Below, one piece after another: positions 1-13,925 of a stretch of DNA of 64,000 nt. Position numbers and translations under genes: made by a program. Below the pieces are notes generated by a model. That model did not search any database. It was not told where the DNA came from and saw only the letters and a list, made by a program, of their open reading frames with translations. Position 1 is the first letter of the stretch. Every line of letters starts with the position of its first letter. Source of the stretch: Phoronis australis (taxonomy: Eukaryota > Animalia > Phoronida); contig NMRA01000163.1 of assembly GCA_002633005.1 (NCBI GenBank), forward strand, positions 156,071 to 220,070. The letters run 5' to 3'.

Positions 1-2910
1 ACGGCCGATGATACTTGTGGATACGTCTGATGTTAAGTACGCGCAAATTGAACGTTCAGCATCAGTTCAGCTAGTCTGACGGGTGAGTTAATAATGCGAC
101 AATTTACCACTATGGCCGTTTTACTTTCAACTTCGGTTCCTGTCTGCGCTGGATATTTGGAATATTGCATTTAGTCTTTAATGCTTGGTCGTCTCGACAC
201 GACGTTTTCACGGGACATGAGATACAACTGGACCGACAACATTAAGTTTATCTTAGACGAAGTTCTGAACGCAAAGTCCATTTGCAAAACGAATATTTAA
301 TTAAAATAGAACAACGAACACCTAATCAATATGTTCGATTTTCATATCGCTGTTCAATGGCAGAAGACTGGACGGTCCGTTACGTTTTTTGTTACTTTAC
401 TGTACACGCAAACACGGTCTCTGAAAACGTGGTTTCGCTATGTCATGTTGAACAGATACGCCTTCCGTAGCACTGTGAAATGTTGTTTATCATGGCTTCT
501 CATTGGTTAAAGTAATGAAACCGACGTCACAACATTCAGTCATTCCCATTGGCTGAAATCTGGGAAACCTCTTTCAGTTAACTGTTACGTGGTATGGCGA
601 TTACCTTCAACTTCAATAGTTGCAATTTGTTCTAACGAACAGTGATCGGAGTAAACAAAACCAAGGGAACCCCGATCCCGTGCCTAATCCCAAACAGTTC
701 ACAAAAGGCGTGTGGAAGTAGTGGCGATGTGATCGATAAACTTCCGACCAATCATGCGCAATGGTGCCCACACACCGAATTCCGTACATGTATGTCGTTC
801 CTTATGTTTCCACAGGGCCACTTTTCAGTACAGGTGGCGATGTGTCAGAGGGTAGTTGAACATGGTGATCATTTTTTACAAAAAACGATTCGAACAAAAT
901 CTGATCAGGTTGTTATTCAATGCGAACCAATGCACACAAATGTTTTCGGTGACTGCCGACGATAAACTTCTTACGCTGTGACTGAACATTCGAAAGAAAA
1001 AATCGAAGCGAAAATTTTCAAGTACTGTATCTGACCGCCATTTTTTCAATCCGCTCTGGAAGTTTACTAATGGTTACATCCGTTCAAAAGTCATGTTTTA
1101 ATTTTGTGACAAACTGCGACAAAACGGTCGATGCATTGCTTTGAGACCTTCTACAGGCCTACTGGCACAAGGGATTATTCATTTTCACCGCCCCTGCTCG
1201 GGTAGGTTACCTCCTTGCTTGAAAAAATTTGGAAGTATAATCATGCAGTTTTTGTTAACTATGCAACTGTAATGGCGGCTTCCAGTGCTTTCCGCCAATT
1301 TTGATAGTGGCATCAAGATTTTTCGTCTAAAGCGAAGTGGTCAGGTGATCTTTGGATGTTATTTCACATACAGCGGATAGGCGGTGCTCCCACTGGTCGC
1401 CCGCTTTAAGGTTCAATAAATACCATTTCCCTTCATTTACACCGTACAACCCAAAAAGTACACAAACTGCACGATCCTCCTCAATACACATGTACACGTG
1501 AAACAGTTTAAAATTGTTGGTTAAGTTTTTATTAAAATAACAGTAAACAAGCAAATACAAACATGCAATTGGTCACACTAGCCTACAAACAGGGGAGTCG
1601 GCAAGAACTTACTAATTACAATCTTACGTAAATAGATTAGACAAATACGAAGAACACAGTACATGAAGATACAATAACATACACAAGGAGTCAACAAGAA
1701 CTTATAAATTACATTTTCCATATTCAACAGAAAAAAGGGAACAACCTATACGCGACAAAAAACACAAAGACTTCACATTAAACCCGGGGTGCGTTCCGTA
1801 GATCAAAGAAACTCGCAACTTAGTAAAGTGATCACTTACTTCGCTTGTAATGTACGGTGATATCTGACTAAAACTTGCGTGATCTCGCTTTTCTTTAAGA
1901 CAATTACTGCACGGAACTGATAACCGTTCTCAGAATGCAGGGCTTGGCATCACCAATAACAAAGAGGAGGAAACTTTTCCAGGTGATGTATCGTTCCACA
2001 AACAAATGGGCTTATGTGATAGAAATATTTCTTGTGTTGTTAAACTTAACTGAAATAATCGTTTTTGCATAATTAAAGTCAAAATAATGACAAAAAGAGA
2101 CGAAGAAATAGGAAACTGTAAATCAAATACAAAGAAATCGAAACCAAAAAGAAGAAATTCTCTTAAAAGAGAAAAATTCAAGGCCCTGAATTAATGTCCA
2201 AGCCTGGCCTAAAATCTTATAAAGATCATTACTTTTGAATAAAAAGAGTCATGCTGTTTTGACTACTGACAAAGAAAGTGCATTTCTGGTCCGGGCTGCT
2301 CAGCAATATCTGAAAGGGAGCTTCTACTTTATTTTCTTACACGTCACACATATTTTTTATTTTTCCATTGGCCCAGCATCGCATAATTTTAGTCACTTCG
2401 GAATGCAACGACTTTTTTGATCAATTTGTGTCGAATTTGGTATTAGCAAAATCATCTACAGAACTTTGAGGATTGTAATAGTGTACAACGATACGGGTCC
2501 GTTTCGTGAAAGCTAATTAAATACTTAAGATAGAAGTTTGGTATTACGTTCCAGAAGATGAAAATTAATCAAATGCCACTTGAGCGCAAATGCAATTGCC
2601 TACGATACTGCAGAGGGAACAAAGCCATTAAGCGAAAGGTCCATGTGCAAAACTACTATACAAGAGGCCAGAGAAGCTGTAAACTTTACATGCAGTTAAC
2701 AAAACTTATGACTTCACAGTCTTTGGGAAATGGCAACGACAGGGTTTTGCAAGCAAAAACGGTGTCGTCATTAATGTTTCAGTCAACAACAAGAAGTCCA
2801 GCGTTGTGGATACAAATATTTTAAGCAATTTGTAATGTCTACTCCATACACAAAAGAAGCAAAACTGCTGAAGCGTTCCAACTGTGGACGGAAAACCATG
2901 TCTGCAAAAG

Positions 2911-4888
2911 AAACCATGGCAAAAGTGCCGGAGCGATGGAACCAGCTGGTGCTGTTGATAGATTTATACGGTTATTGTCCCATAATGTGCAATAGACAGG
3001 TTATCTCGGCGACGCTGACCCTCCAGTCTAACCAGAAACTTCCAAATACCAAAATTACAGTGCCATGGACACATACAGAAGCGAAATATGGGAAATTAAA
3101 TAAGATTATTGGACAAAGTTTCAAAAAAATACAACACCATCATCACTTGCCGAATGGAAAACAGGCACGGAAGATATTGGTGTCACAAACCAGTTGCCAA
3201 AAAGCCATAAAAAATTCAAGGCCAATTACTCACAAAAAGTTTGTAAACGTATCTGGAGAAAAGTTTGTATCGTCTGCTTGTAAGCAAGATGCAGACAGTC
3301 TATACCTGTGGCGAAGACTAGGCACATTTTCATCGAGAAAAGAAATAAGGCAGATGCGCTGAACAAATGCGCTGGCTGGCGTGGATAAACTCGGTGTCAC
3401 GCCTGCCGTGACTTTGCGAGACTTCGTTACGGCGTGTGTGAAGAGTTGGCGAAGAGTTGTTTTCTGTTGCTCTATCAAAGCAAAGAAATGCCAGGAAGGT
3501 GCTGTGTGCCGCTTTACCACAACGAAAAGGGCGGCCACGAGTTACAAAGGTACGAATCTACCAAAAAGTTAGGGTTTTGGCGATCAAAAGAATGGACCAC
3601 AGAAAAAATCCAGGCTCTGGTCTCCGGGGCCCCGCGATGCGGTTTGCCGAGACCAATTCAAGCTGGAGAATAATCGCGAACAGGGGGCTTATGGTATGTC
3701 GATCACCTTAGGCTAAATACGTACAATATTGTGACATTCTACCATAGACTATAGTACATAGACTATAGTACATGGACCGCCAACTCCGTTTACTTTCAAT
3801 GGACCAAATCTGTGGTCTTACGCACAAGCCTTTACGTCATTATTCACTGGCGACACCTGGCTCAATTATCCGGTGTAATTTCCGGCTAGTACGTCGTCTG
3901 CTAATCATGGTCGGTTGCTGTGTGGCCGGTTGTTCGGCTACGCAGGCGAAATGCAGAGGCGTTAGCTTCCATAGTGTACGAAGACCACAAAATCCGCTTT
4001 GGGAGAAAAAGTTATGTTCTTGCGTCGACGTGAATGGAAGTTTTTCTTCCAAAAAAAANAAACCATGGCAAAAGTGCCGGAGCGATGGAACCAGCTGGTG
4101 CTGTTGATAGATTTATACGGTTATTGTCCCATAATGTGCAATAGACAGGTTATCTCGGCGACGCTGACCCTCCAGTCTAACCAGAAACTTTCAAATACCA
4201 AAATTACAGTGCTATGGACACATACAGAAGCGAAATATGGGAAATTAAATAAAATTATTGGACAAAGTTTCAAAAAAATACAACACCATCATCACTTGCC
4301 GAATGGAAAACAGGCACGGAAGATATTGGTGTCACAAACCAGTTGTCAAAAAGCCATAAAAAATTCAAGGCCAATTATTCACAAAAAGTTTGTAAACGTA
4401 TTTGGAGAAAAGTTTGTATCCTCTGCTTGTAAGCAAGATGCAGACAGTGTATACCTGTGGCGAAGACTAGACACATTTTCATCGAGTAAAGAAATAAGGC
4501 AGATGCGCTGAACTAATGCGCTGGCTGGCGTGGATAAACTCGGTGTCACGCTTGTCGTGACTTTGCGAGACTTCGTTACGGCGTGTGTGAAGAGTTGGCG
4601 AAGAGTTGTTTTCTCTTGCTCTATCAAAGCAGAGAAATGCCAGGAAGGTGCTGAGTGCCGTTTTACGACAACGAAAAGGGCGGCCACGAGTTACCAAGGT
4701 ACGAATCTACCAAAAAGGGTTTTGGCGATCAACAGAATGGACCCACAGAAAAAATCCAGGCTCTGGTCTCCAGGGCCCCGCGATGTGGTTTGCCGAGACC
4801 AATTCAAGCTGGAGAATAATCGCGAACAGGGGGCTTATGGTATGTCGATCACCTTAGGCTAAATACGTACAATATTGCGACATTCTAC
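2911..4888. repeat. Near-identical direct duplication (2911-3742 vs 4060-4888) across the N at 4059; probable allelic overlap at a contig join
   Basis: Sequence after the N restarts at AAACCATGGCAAAAGTGCCG, which also occurs at 2911. Both copies end at GACATTCTAC and differ by scattered SNPs and small indels. Confidence 0.9.
3743..4058 (+). mobile_element. 5' end of a THAP-encoding DNA transposon (P-element-like CATAG terminus), truncated by the gap
   Basis: Starts CATAGACTATAGTA (14-mer, twice) exactly where the two duplicate copies diverge. THAP-like start MVGCCVAGCS...GVSFHSV at about 3907. Confidence 0.6.
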
Positions 4889-6273
4889 AGAACCAAATCT
4901 CCGGATATTATTTTTAAGTTGTCGCCGTACGTGCACTTGACTTTTCAAAGTGACCCTAGCCAGTCGTTGCCTGGTTGCCAAGCGACCGCCTGTGACTGTG
5001 GTCTATACCGTACGTCGGTTGTCACAGTGATTCTGATTTCAATGTACAGTCGGTATTTCAGCCGGGTGTGTTTAACGCATATGAAATTTATTTTACGCTG
5101 AGACCAATAAAGCTTTCAGCTTTTGACTCACTATGTTTTTATTATTATGCAGTGCCCGGGATGCAGTGTTAAAAAACAACTGTGAAAATAGGCCATCTAC
5201 TTGTTTTCAGCCCATTTTACACATTCTATCACCTTTTACTTATCTCGAAACACAACTCCATATGCCAAAATATCAAAAACCAATTCGGGTTATTGGTGAT
5301 CTTATGAAAACGTTAACAACCAGTGTTTTGTTGCTGTTTACTAAACATTCTCCGACAACTTTGCTGACCTTGTGCACGCGCGGCATCGTACCATATTAGC
5401 GACCTCGGCGATAAGGTCACTGCAATCTCAGTTGTAAGTACCTCACAGGGTTTGAAAGTTTCGAACACTTTAATATGTTTTTAGCATGCTGGGTCCTGCA
5501 GTTAGTAAGCTTGATTATTCATCAAAGTCTCTCGACCCTCGGAAGGAAATATTTCTCAGCCAGATAAAGCTTCGCCAAACAAAAGATGACTATGGGTTGG
5601 CTCTCGATTTCAAACTTAGGCAAAAATAGTAGGCAATGTGTTAAGAACGCGGTTGAGATTTCTGTTTTATGAACTAAAGGACTTGGGAGTTGTGGCCAGG
5701 CAGGGAGTTCGTAGATCACCATTGTCCTAAGCACTTCAAGAAGATGTTCCATCCACTAGAGTTGGACGCGACTGAGGTGCCCATTGAACAACGTTCAAAT
5801 TGAAATGTCCAACGAGCGACATAGTCCTCGTATAAGAACACAGATCCTTGAGACATGCTGTTTGGTGAATGCAATCCACACATGTTTAACTTGTATATAA
5901 ACCTTTCACTTGTCTGATAAAAAAAGTTCTCACTTTGTTACTGCTACTTGATGCTAGGATTCGGTCTGTTTTGTAGTCAATAAGAAAAACTCAGGTGCAG
6001 TTTCAACAATTCTAGACAATCATTGATTCTTACTGGCTTTCAAAATTGTTGTGAATGTCCGAAATTTTTAATTTTTTATTTGAAGCTGGCATGGCCTAGC
6101 TCAATTTTGTTAACTATGGATCTTATATAAAAATACGAAAAGAATATCACTTGTCAGGCAAATTGTTTCCTAAATTGTGACAATTTACCATAGTTAATGT
6201 ATGTGCAAAACTGTGACTGCAGTCATGAAATGAACTTACAAATTTAAATGCTTTATATTTTCAGTGAAAAAGA

Positions 6274-7373
6274 ATGTCTTCTTCATCAGAGAAACCGTTT
6301 GTAGTTGTGGAGTGTACAGAAACCAGTGAAGTGGAACAGATACCCTACAACTGGATCAAGTCCAAGAATAAAGCTGTGTAGCCACTCTTCATGCCACGGG
6401 ACACACTAACTAAGGCTAATAAAGATGGTGTGCCACCAGAAAGCGCATGGGATGAATACAACAACAGGATATTGTATTCTTGTGGTAAGATCTAAAAAGG
6501 AAGGTTTAAATTAGGCAAATGTATATTTAAAATAACATTGTAGGTGGCAACTTATTGGTTGCATTGGAACTTTAAACAGTGTAAAACAGAAGCAATATGT
6601 TGTATCTTGAAGAAGTGGTTTGTTTCTGTAAGCATTTGATGATAATACATGTACTTTGCGCAGTTTTTATTGTAGGATGCTTTTACAAAAGTATGATGTT
6701 TGTCTGTGTAACATACATCTCATCTTACTGGGTAGTTTGAAGTTAACATTTTTTCACAGCAAGCTACGAGGACAGACGAAAGAAACTCCCTGCCGCTGAG
6801 GTGACGTCTGATTTGCAGACCAACGCAGAGACAAATAAAAGAAAAGGAAGTATGTTTCTTGTTTTTCCAAAGGATACTTTTGAAAGGTTTCTGGTCATTC
6901 TGGAAAATTTTGAGTCATGTTCCTCAGAAGTTAAACGAATGTTGAGCTTTTTCTGAAGTAACCCATAACTTTGTAACTCTGTTACATTAACACAAGATTG
7001 ATCAAATTCCAAAGGCACGCTGAAGAGTTTGACCCTGAATTGAATCTGAATCCTGTATACTTTTTTCCAGAAAAAAAATTCATTCTTGCATCCTGGGAAT
7101 TGATGAAATGAAATACATTATGTAATTTTAGGCGCAAGGCACCATCCAGCTACAGTTCCAGTGACTCTGAGGATGAGGAGTCCACTTCTCAGCCATGGAA
7201 ATCGCAAAATGTGAGGTAACAGCATCCAGCAAGTCCTCCATCCTTCCCGCCACTTCCATCGCCTCCATCAGAAATGTTTGTGCCCCTAAACTATTACTCA
7301 ATACCTACTACACCATGTTCAGATGTAAATATAGTTGAGCTGCAAAGCAGTTCAAGTGGCAAAGCTATTTCTG
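6274..7373 (+). pseudogene. Degraded 3-exon gene resembling the accessory (DUF4806/BEN-type) ORFs of CMC/EnSpm-like transposons
   Basis: Exons at about 6274-6484, 6760-6849 and 7132-7373, bounded by GT-AG. Peptides VVVECTETSEVEQIPYNW...W...RIL and SYEDRRKKLPAAEVTSDLQT. In-frame TAG at 6379 and a phase mismatch at exon 3. Confidence 0.5.
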
Positions 7374-7991
7374 GTGAGTTTTCTTTCATTCGATGTTTGT
7401 AAGATCTTAAATTTGTGCACTGCAACGTATGACTAGGAAACGAATGAAAATGTGAGTGATTAAAGTCGTTCCAAGACCACATCTCCGATATATCCAGAAA
7501 GTGATCTCTGTATGCGAGAAATAGACATATCTTGAATATATTGAACTTCTTCAAGCACGTTTATTCCCTGGTAAAACCGATCCCACTCAGTGGCAACATC
7601 ACGGGATATTAAAAACACTGTGCTGTATGCTAGTTAGCTGAATGGAAAGCTGAAGCGGAAAAATCCAGAACACACATTTTCTATTCAGGAATTGAAATCT
7701 CGGTAGAAGCAAAAACAATAGGCAACCAGGATTTATAGAGTCAGAAAACAGGAGAGAATTGTTTTCATGCCGGAGACTACATGACCACCCATTATGCAAC
7801 GATGACGATCCAGTGTGTACCTATACATTGGCATCTATTGTAAAACGTAGATTAGACGAAAGAAATACAGCCGCATTTCCAAGGTAATGTTTTTTTCGTA
7901 GTAGGTCTTCACAGTATTGGGCTGTAACAAAAAATTTCTCAGATATATGTGTTTGGTATCTTAAATCTATACAGGTAATGTTAGATTACAG

Positions 7992-8770
7992 ATGTCTTGC
8001 ACTGGTCAGGTCTTCTTGACAGCCCAGAGCTCTTTGTGGTCCAACGAGAAGATCTAGTAGCTGGCCACATTGGCCAGACAATAATGAAGACAAAAACTAT
8101 GGTAACAGATATCACGGAAGCAACCCTGTTTGTTGATGAAGCATACCAGCTTGTCAGAGGTGGAAAGACCAGGGGGAGACAATCATGGCAGCCATGGAGG
8201 GTGATGGAAGAACATTGGCCAGATGGCAATCAAGACAGAAACTATGCTAACAGAAGTCATGGGAGCAACCCTGTTCAATGATGAAGCATACTCTGGTTTG
8301 TCAGAAGTGGGTATACCAGAAATTATGTCCAAGAGGCCTTGGAGACAATCATGGCGGCCATGGAAGGTGATGGAAGAACAAACAATCCAAGGCCCTGAAT
8401 AATCCTAGCAGGAAAACCGAAGGAAATGGCAAAACAGTTGAACTCCAACCCAACTCTTAAGAGATTAGTCAAACTTTAACATTCAATGATTATTCCATGT
8501 CTGAACTAACTGACATTCTGTTACAAATGTTGCAGACATACGAGTATACAGTGCTTTCATCAAAAGGAAGTTCAGACTTATTTAGAAACCTGTGTGGAGT
8601 GAAGCACCCAACAGAAGTACCACAGTGGCTTCTGCGTTAGAGTCGCATGTATAGTCAAAAAAGTTATAAATGAAAGACAGTTTATTCAAATAATTAAGGG
8701 AAATGCTGCAAGCGATGAGGACTTGGTGACTGTGACCTTGGACGATTTTCACAGTGCTGTCCCAACAGTT
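7992..8770 (+). pseudogene. CbbX/SpoVK-like AAA+ ATPase fragment, copy 1
   Basis: VVQREDLVAGHIGQT..KTK..LFVDEAYQL (Walker B) and IILAG.PKEM...NSNP.L; contains frameshifts and stops. Confidence 0.7.
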
Positions 8771-9102
8771 GTCCAATCCCTGTATGTTGTATTTGCTTGG
8801 TCAGTGAAGATGTACAAATACGTAATATACTCTTGCTCATTCGAGACAAGCTATGGTGTAGGTTGTTTTTATGCAAGCAGTGCTGAACATTTTTTATAGT
8901 TTTTCCTCGTGTGGAATGCTTTTGAGGGTGAATATGTTATATGTGCATGGAGAGGAAGTTGGTAGAAGTACTGCATGTTCTTGGTTTGTGGTGATGTAAG
9001 CATACTCTTGCTCTTTGAAGACTAGCAATCCTACAGGTTGTTTTTATGAAACATTGCTGTCCTGTTGATGTGTTTATTCTATAAATTTCAACCTGAAAGT
9101 GT

Positions 9103-9199
9103 GATTTTATTTATTTATTTATTTAATACTATTTATTAATGTAATATTTACAATGAGGGTAGCCCCATCAGTTCACACTGCTTTCCATGGGTGCCGTCA
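9103..9199 (-). mobile_element. Short insertion with a (TAAA)n-like tail on the minus strand; probable 3' end of a non-LTR element or SINE
   Basis: Present in repeat copy 1 but absent at the matching position of copy 2 (CCTGAAAGTGTAATT at about 12632). Has a TTTATTTATT run at its left end. Confidence 0.5.
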
Positions 9200-10339
9200 G
9201 TAAATTACTATATATGCATTGAATTGCATACTTTTGAGCATAATTAATCTTAGCCACTAAAGAAATTACATCGTAAGTGCGTACATAGAAGTAGTGTATA
9301 ACCTTGATTCGTGAAAAAGAACAAATAACTGTAGTCTTGCTCAGTGAAGACAGGGCGTGCTACACCTTGTTTTTTGTAACAAAGTGGTTCCTGTCCACCC
9401 CTGTACAAATAGTGGGCGTTGATGACTCTTTCACACAATTATATTTAATTATGCAGTGCCAAGATGTTCTCTTCGGCTACTTAGGCAGTAGATGGTGTAC
9501 CACATTTGGCACAAAAGGCAAGCGGAAGGTGGCAGAATGTTACATTACGGACCCGACATTGGTCATTACTGAAGATTTTCCACATCGTGTCAAATAAACA
9601 AGAATGACATTATACAAGTACTGAAGAAGAGAAGAAAATGATCAACGCAAAGATAAGCAATGACAAGTTGATGTGCACAGAGAAGGTGTGTATGGATGAT
9701 GAAAACTGCACTAAAGCCAAAGAAAAGATTCAAGTGCGGAGACAAGTAAATAGGGGTCAAGTCGAGACCCACACGATTAAGCAATGAAACAACGCCAAGT
9801 GTTACGTTTAAGCTGGAATGCTGAAGTGTTATCTGCAATACGGTAAATAATTTAGGGTTGAGAAATTCTTCTAGACCAGCTCTTTTAGCTTTTGAAAAGT
9901 TTTGCAAACTTTATATCAATATTGAAATGTGGTTGCAGGCCCGAGGCCTTATAGATCACAAAAAATTATATTCTATTCTATTATATTCTAATCTATAATA
10001 CACTCCGCAAAAGCTTTACTTGGAAAATTTTCTTAGATTTTTAAAAATACCTTGCAGCTCGTGTAGTGGTTGGGTATATGTCAGAAATGTAGTGTGGATG
10101 TATGGTCCTGGGACATATTAACCAAGATTTGCTCAGGCGATCAGAAAAAAACATCTTCAATTTAAGTAAGTAATCTAAAAACCCTAGAAAAGTAAACAGT
10201 TAAAAAGGGTATGTTAACTGCATCCACTGTAAAATATCAACCTCATCCTATTTTGTTCCTGTTCTAGCGGAATTTCCAAACCTACAATTCGAAGTCACCG
10301 CTTAGGAATAAACAAAAACACTAAAGTAGCTAAGAAAAT

Positions 10340-10637
10340 TGGAAGAACCCAGGTGCTGTCACTAGAAATTGAATACGAAATATGTGACCATGCCAAATGT
10401 CTTAATGTAGTGTTCTTCGGAATAACTAGAAAGAACCTCATGAAACTTGCCTACAACCAAGAAAAGAAATCACCAAGAAAACAGTGGTTCAACCTTTTTA
10501 TGAAACGTCATCCTGAGCTCAGTCGCAAAACACCAGAGCCAACATCTCTAGCAAAGACCTAAGTTTTCAACAAAAATTGTATATTAACTCCTGACCGAAT
10601 ATTCAACATCGATAAAACAAGTAATTCAACGATACAA
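10340..10637 (+). pseudogene. pogo/Tigger (CENP-B HTH) transposase fragment
   Basis: GRTQVLS.EIEYEI...FFGIT..L.KLAY...WFNLFMKRHPELSRKTPEPTSLA*..FNK...PDRIFNID. The 5' part recurs at about 46350-46490. Confidence 0.75.
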
Positions 10638-10689
10638 GTGCTGTCAACAGCAGGAGAGAGCGATTACAAAGTGTCATGCGGTGGCAGAC

Positions 10690-10889
10690 GTTTCAATTTA
10701 CACGGGGTAGCTGGAGAACAAAGACTAGTTAAAGAGAAATTTACAAAGGCTGTAGCCGATACACCTGCTGCCACCTTTCTGTGTGGATTCAAGGAGGGTG
10801 TTGGTTTCAGCACCAAACCTTGGTATATTTGTAAAGTAGTTTCTGATCAGCTTCGTGCGGAAAACAGCGTAAGCTTTCTTTCACTTTGA
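10690..10889 (+). pseudogene. CMC/EnSpm-like transposase fragment
   Basis: Motif VADTPAATFLCGFKEGVGFS resembles the DxxA...GGFKE motif of animal EnSpm-like transposases. Confidence 0.55.
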
Positions 10890-10913
10890 TCATAGCAGAA
10901 ACACGATTGTAAA

Positions 10914-13765
10914 GCACATCAAACTTATGTGCGGGCACAAAACTTATCTGCGTAAAGAGTTGCGTTTTCAAAACTTTCAGAGCATGAGCTTAAGGACTAC
11001 ATGGGAAAGAAAAGAAAACCAAATACAAAACAGGAACTTGTCCAAGGAATATGTAGCTCTTGGAAAACTGTTACCCCGAAGAAATGTGCATAATACGTAC
11101 GGCATTTACGGAAGGTTGTACCATAAGTGATTCATTGCGGTGGAGCCACCACAGGATATTACAAACACTGTGCTGTACACTTGTTAGCTGAATTGCAAGC
11201 TGAAGCAGAAAACAATCCAGTACACACATTTTCGATTCAGGAATTGAAATCTCGGTAGAATCAAAAACAATAGGCAAAAAGGATTTATAGTGTCAAAAAC
11301 AGGAGAGAATTGTTTTCACGCTGGAGACAACATGACCACCCATTATGCAACGATGACAATCCAGTGTGTACCTATACATTGGCATCTATTGTAAAACGTA
11401 GATTAGACGAAAGAAATTCAGCCGCATATCAAAGGTAATGTTTTTTTTCGTAGTACGTCTTCACAGTATTGGGCTGTAACAGAATATTTTCTGATATATG
11501 TGCTTGGTATCTTAAATTTATACAGGTAATGTTAGATTTCAGAAGTCTTGCACTGGTCAGGTCTTGTTGACAGCCCAGAGCTCTTTGTGGTCCAACGGGA
11601 AGATCTAGTAGCTGGCCACATTGGCCAGACAATAATGAAAAAAAAATATGCTAACAGATATCATGGAAGCAACCGTGCTTGTTGATGAAGCATACCAGCT
11701 TGTCAGAGGTGGAAAGACCAGGGGGAGACAATCATGGCAACCATGGAGGGTGATGGAAGAACATAGGCCAGATGGCAATCAAGACAGAAACTATGCTAAC
11801 AGAAGTCATGGGAGCAACCCTGTTCAATGATGAAGCATACTGGCTTGCCAGAAGTGGGTATACCAGAAATTATGTCCAAGAGACCTTGGAGACAATCATG
11901 GCAGCCATGGAAGATGATGCAAGAACAAACAATCCAAGGCCCAGCATAATCCTAGCGGGAAATCCAAAAGAAATGGCAAAACAGTTAAACTCCAACCCAA
12001 GTCTTAAGAGATTAGTCAAACTTTCACATTCAACGATTATTCCACGTCTGAACTAACCAACATTCTGTTACAAATGTTGGAGACAGACGAGTTTACAGTG
12101 CTTCCATCAAAAGGAAGTTCAGTCTTATTTAGAAACCTGTGTGGAGTGAAGTACATAAGTACAGCAGTGGCTTCTGCGTTAGAGTCGCATGTATAGTCAA
12201 AAGATATAAACGAAAGCCGGTTTATACAAATAAACAAGGGCAATGCTGCAAGCGATGAGGACTTGGTGACTGTGGCCTTGGACGATTTTCACAGTGCTGT
12301 GCCAACAGTTGTTCAATCCTTGTATGTTATATTTGCTTGGTCAGTGAAGATGTACAAATAGGTAATATACTCTTGCTCAGTCGAGACAAGCTATTGTGTA
12401 GGTTGTTTTATGCAAGGCAGTGCTGAACATTTTTTATAGTTTTTCCTCGCGTCAAATGCTTTTGAGTGTGAATGTGTTAAATGTCCATGCTGAGGGAGGT
12501 GGTATAAGTATTGCATGTTCTTGGTTTGTGGTGATGTGTGCACACTCTTGCTCAGTGAAGACTAGCAATCCTGCAGGTTGTGTTTTAAGGGAGACATTGC
12601 TGTCCTCTTGATATGTATTCTATAAAGTTCAACCTGAAAGTGTAATTATTATACATGCATAGAGTTTCATACATATGAACTTAATTAATTTTAGCCAATA
12701 AAGAAATTAATGCCGTAAGTTCGCAGAAAGAAGTAGTTTATACCCTTGGTGAGTGAAAATGAACAAATAACTGTACTCTTGCTCAGTGAAGACAGGGCGT
12801 GTTACACATTGTTTTTGTGAGAAAGTGGTGGCCTGTCCATGCCTGCACACAGGGTGCGTTCATGATTTTTCACACAATTATTTAATTATGCAGTGCCAAG
12901 ACGTTCTCTACGGCTATTTTGGCAGTAGATGGTGTACCACATTTGGCTCAAAAGGCAATGGTCGTTATAACTTAGGATTTTCCACAGCGTGTCAAACAAG
13001 CAAGAAACACGTTAAACAAGTACAACTGAAGAGAGAAGAATATTATCTTCAAGGTAAAGATAAGCAATGACAAGTTGATGTATGCAGGGAAAGTGTATAT
13101 ACATGATGAAAACTGCGGCTAAGTCAAAGAAAAATTCAGGCGTGGAGACAAGGTGAATAGTGTTAGTGAATAGGGGTCAAGTCGAGACCTACACGATCAG
13201 GCACTGAAACAATGCCAGGCGTTACGTTTATGCTGGAGTGTTGATTCAGAAGTGTTATCTGTAACGAACGTATATAAATAATTCAGGGTTGAGAAATTAT
13301 TCTAGACCAGCTCTTTCAGCTTTTGGAAACGTTTGCACACTTTTTATCAAAAGTTATGTTAGTGAGAGGTGAAACAATGAGTGTCTAAATTCAGTATGTA
13401 CCTGTTGATTTTATACATGAAATGCAGTTGTGGGCCAGAGGCCTCATAAATCACGACGTCAGAATTCTATTGTATTCTAATCTATAATAAAGTATGCGAA
13501 AGCTATGCTAGGTCAATTTTCTACGATTTTCGATAATACGTTTTGCAGCTCGTATAGTGGTTGGGTGTAGGCAAGAAATTCTGTGTGGATGTACGGTGCT
13601 GGGACATATTAACCAAGATTTGTTCAGCCAATCAGAAAAAACGTCTTCAAGTTAGTATAAACATTCAATAAACCTTAAAAGAATAAAGTAAACATTTTAA
13701 AAAAGTGTCTGTTAATTGCATCTTCTGTAAAATATGAACTTGATCCTATTTTGTTCCTGTTCTGG
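10914..13765 (+). repeat. Chimeric ~3-kb repeat, copy 2 (tandem to copy 1, period about 3.55 kb; 3'-truncated)
   Basis: Matches copies 1 and 3. Includes the Tc1 tail (about 10982-11165) and the CbbX-like fragment (about 11543-12310). Similarity stops at about 13765. Confidence 0.9.
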
Positions 13766-13925
13766 CGTTGAAATTGAACAAGAGTTCATTAATCATCAAA
13801 AACAGTTCCCCTGGATAACCTTGACAAAACTTGTGCTCAAACTGCTTTTTGCGACAGCTATACGTGCTAGCTCACAGATTTTACTTGTTCATGATGGAGG
13901 CGATTATTTAAGGGGAGTTGAAAGT

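Larger units (their letters stand above)
7599..10490 (+). repeat. Chimeric ~3-kb repeat, copy 1 (Tc1 tail, CbbX-like AAA+ fragment, pogo fragment)
   Basis: Colinear high similarity with 10914-13765 and 43530-46490. Confidence 0.9.

Noticed and set aside
282-2824. Short ORFs at the start of the window
   Set aside because: No motifs or consistent splice structure; lengths are compatible with chance.
2835-4862. Duplicated 170-175-aa and 102-aa ORFs as paralogous genes
   Set aside because: No recognisable motifs. The duplication abuts an N join and is best explained as allelic overlap.
5400-5900. Possible LINE remnant on the minus strand
   Set aside because: No convincing RT or endonuclease motif could be read.
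7715-7735. Walker A (GNPGTGKT) remnant for the CbbX-like fragment
   Set aside because: Only GGCAACCAGG resembles it; there is no GKT in any of the three copies.
7992-12310. Bacterial contamination suggested by the CbbX-like sequence
   Set aside because: The fragments are degraded, flanked by intron-like sequence, embedded among eukaryotic transposons and match the local base composition.
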